Positions 61,206-64,000 of a DNA stretch of 64,000 nt are shown here, one piece after another. Under the pieces are notes generated by a model. That model did not search any database, was not told where the DNA came from, and saw nothing but the letters and a program-made list of their open reading frames with translations. Source of the stretch: Leucoraja erinacea. Taxonomy: Eukaryota. A program made the translations under genes and the position numbers. Location of the stretch: positions 20,212,001 to 20,276,000 of the forward strand of contig NC_073409.1 in assembly GCF_028641065.1 (NCBI RefSeq), read 5' to 3'. The number at the start of each line of letters is the position of its first letter. The stretch's first letter is position 1.

Positions 61206-61563
61206 ATCCTACCCCCAATTTAACTATATTAAATATTAAAATACACAAAACTTTATCTGTTAAACTTTACTAATAAATACTGTACCCTTAACTCCCAGAA
61301 TCCTTACCTCCCAGAATCCTTATCTCCCAGAATCCTTAGCCTAAAGGCAAAAATGTAAAAATGTAAACCAATTAGAGGCTTCCTCTGAACCAATCAGAGG
61401 CTTCCCCCAGACTCCTTCTCTGGAACGTTGGCGATTTGGTCGCAGGTACTCCTCCCCTCTCACCAACGGCTCCCTGGGCCTCTCAACTCAACCTTTATAA
61501 ACTCAAATAATTTATATATCCAAATCATTTATATATTCACAAACAGTAAAGGTCCCAGCACTG

Positions 61564-62135
61564 AGACGGTATGTCAAGGAGGACTCTCTCTAACTTCTAC
61601 AGGTGCAAAATAGAGAGCATGCTGAACGGCTGTATTGTGAGTTGGTTCCGGAACTTGAGCGCCCAGGAGCGGAAAAGACTACAAAAAGTGGTAAACACTG
61701 CCCAGTCCATCATCGTCTCTGACCTCCCTACCATCGAGGGGATCTATCGCAATCGCTGCCTCAAAAAGGCTGGCAGCATCATCAAGGACCCACACCACCC
61801 TGGCCACACACTCATCTCCCCGCTACCTTGAGATAGAAGATACAGGAGCCTGAATACTGCAATGTCCAGGTTCAGGAATAGCTATCCCCACAGGAATAGG
61901 TTCAGGAATATTTCCCCACAGCCATCAGGCTATTAAACTCAACTCAAACAAAACTCTGAACATTAATAGCCTATTATCTGTTTTATTTATTCATATGTGT
62001 ATATATTTATATAATGGTATATGGACACACTGATCTGTTCTGTATTCATGCCTACTATATTCTGTTGTGCTGAAGCAAAGCAAGAATTTCATTGTCCTAT
62101 CTGATACACATGACAATAAACTCTTGAATCTTGAA
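61564..62135 (+). mobile_element. Rex1-like LINE 3' fragment
   Basis: TLSNFYRCKIES..KRLQKVVNTAQ..IIKDPHHPGH; tail ATGACAATAAACTCTTGAATCTTGAA. Confidence 0.8.
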
Positions 62136-62379
62136 CCCTGTGGAACAACATCACAGTGCCTCAGTCAAAACAAAATCTCATCCACCACTACTCTCTACTA
62201 TCTACTGCCAAGCAACTTTTGAATGTAAAGCCCATGCAACCTCTGGATTGTTATAAAATCCATCTGGTTCATTGATATTTTTATTAAGGAAATGTAAAAA
62301 TCGCTTGATCAGTTTGTATTCCTGGAAGTCTAGGGTAACAGAGTCAGGAGGCTGAATTTGTCCTTGTCAACACAAAAAT

Positions 62380-62843
62380 ATTGCCAACCAAACATGTAGC
62401 TCGGAATGAAAAATAACCGCATCAAAGCAAACTTTACACAACCAAAGCTCTTATTGGACTGTCCCCATCAACTGTAAAGCGTTGATCACTTTCCCGTGAT
62501 TGAAATCTCAGCGACATTGGAAAGGAAACTTCCATCGCGATTGTATTTACCAAATTAACTTTCATACTTGCGGTTAGTTGTAGATACAGTTTGGGGGCGG
62601 GTACATTGGTGTTGTATTTGTCCGGAAGTCTTTTCCCGTGTTACGCGCGGGCAAGTGAGCAAGGTGTGAGGGGGCCGGAGTTTTGTTTTCTTGTGGGGAC
62701 AGGAAGCGGTCGCAGAGTCAGTGTAGGAGATTGTTTCATTGGTAATTCAGCAGCGGGTGAAGGCACTGCAGCCGCGGGTTCAAGTCCCATCGCAGTCACA
62801 TCTTTCTGACATTCAAATTACATCGAATTCACAGATACCCAAG
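62380..62843 (+). promoter_or_regulatory. Paralogous candidate promoter and first exon (probably of a further UGT beyond the window)
   Basis: Close copy of 47560-47946, with GC box, CCGGAAGT ETS site and AAG|gtatgt donor at 62843. Confidence 0.5.
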
Positions 62844-64000
62844 GTATGTAAATTGAAAACACTTCCAAATTCTCCACCGTCTCTGTGTTGTAACAATGCA
62901 TGCTTTCTAGTTACAGTTCCGGCAACGAATAGCAATATTTAATTTTCTTTTTATCCTGAACAAACTTGCCGAGAGCTTATTTTTTTTCAGACTCGATATT
63001 ATCTAAACACATATATTTTGTATCCTCCATACACACACATTTCTACTCCCCGGATTTCACTCAATAGTCAATAAAATCCAATATTCCATTCCTGGCCCAC
63101 TTGACTGTGTTTTTACTTTTAAGCTTTAAACTGAAGCCCATGTTTTGTCTGAAGAAGTGTCTCGACCTGTTCCTTCTCTCCAGAGATCTTGCCTGGCCCG
63201 CTGAGACACTCCAGCTTTTTGTGTCTATCCCATGTTTTGTTGCGGGCTTCACATACACACTTGGGTTTGTTGCAGTGTTCGCCTGATCTCCGATGAAGAA
63301 TGAGAGCCGTTTTAACGATCCCGATTAGGGTAATGCTGCTGTAAACTAGCTTCACCGCTAAACCACTTCATCCTACCGTGCTGAGTCCAGGCGCCAGCTC
63401 TCACACACCTTCGCATTGGCCACAACGCCACACTCAAGCACAGACTCCAATGTTACAGTTCCCTAATCCCGTACAACCTGTTTCCTTGATATCCGTCCCC
63501 TTTGATACCTCAATTTTCACTGCTTACCCTTCCATCATTACTTTTCTCAGTCTAAAGAAGGGTCTCGACCGGAAACGTCCCCCATTCCTTCTCTCCAGAG
63601 ATGCTGCCCGTCTTGCTGAGTTACTCAAGCATGTTGTGTCTGTCTTCATCGTAAAATCCACAAACAGGGCAGTCCCATTGTTTCTGCCTGCGCCGGCCCC
63701 ACACATCTCATCAACAAATTCCTCAATTCAGGGGCGGTACGGTGATGCATGCCTTATTTTGCAATGTTACAAAATCTTGAGATTTTAAATATCAAGTCTG
63801 CAATTTATCCCATCAGATAAAGCATAAAAATAAGTTTAATTTGACACCCAATTCACTTTCATATCTTTAGTATTAAAACGTGATGGCCATTTTCATACTT
63901 AGCATCTTGTTCCCTATTGCTTTTCCATTGACTTAACTTAAAAGTGTGATCGAGAACAGTCAGCAGCCCATAACTTTCTTAAAAATTAAGAGAATGAAAG

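Larger units (their letters stand above)
57179..61430 (-). mobile_element. Near full-length CR1 LINE
   Basis: ORF1 plus ORF2 (APE endonuclease and RT), 3' tail (TTTCTATG)n at about 57179-57197; 5' boundary uncertain. Confidence 0.95.
61493..63740 (+). repeat. Segmental duplication unit, copy 2, interrupted by a Rex1-like insertion (about 61564-62135)
   Basis: ggtcccagcactg..ctgtggaacaaca is nearly contiguous in copy 1 and split here by a LINE 3' fragment. Confidence 0.9.

Noticed and set aside
63760-64000. Possible end of another transposon where the duplication similarity stops
   Set aside because: Truncated by the window edge; no diagnostic terminus could be confirmed

Overview
Eukaryotic, repeat-rich vertebrate genomic DNA; the repeat families (CR1 LINEs with short tandem tails, HE1/V-SINE-like SINEs) suggest a cartilaginous fish, probably a skate or ray (inference). 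Left third, minus strand: the 5' part of FANCI, with 11 coding exons (20222 to 369, about 371 aa, continuing past the left edge), one GC-AG intron, and a CpG-rich promoter carrying a 31-33 bp-phased CCAAT array and an E2F-like site. A tRNA-Arg(ACG) gene lies just beyond the promoter on the opposite strand. Right two thirds, plus strand: three tandem UDP-glucuronosyltransferase genes with single-exon CDSs (UGT5-type). Their N-terminal halves are diverged and their C-terminal halves are nearly identical; the third has a 1-bp frameshift. A duplicated promoter/first-exon module predicts a fourth copy beyond the right edge. Mobile DNA includes a near full-length CR1 LINE (esterase ORF1, TAATG stop-start overlap), an IR/DR Tc1 transposon, an endogenous retrovirus remnant (IN, env, PPT, LTR), a non-autonomous Helitron, a Harbinger-like MITE, Rex1 and RLE-LINE fragments, and many Penelope-like fragments whose termini carry minimal hammerhead-ribozyme motifs. 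Repeat boundaries are approximate, and protein/family assignments are by recognition, not database search.
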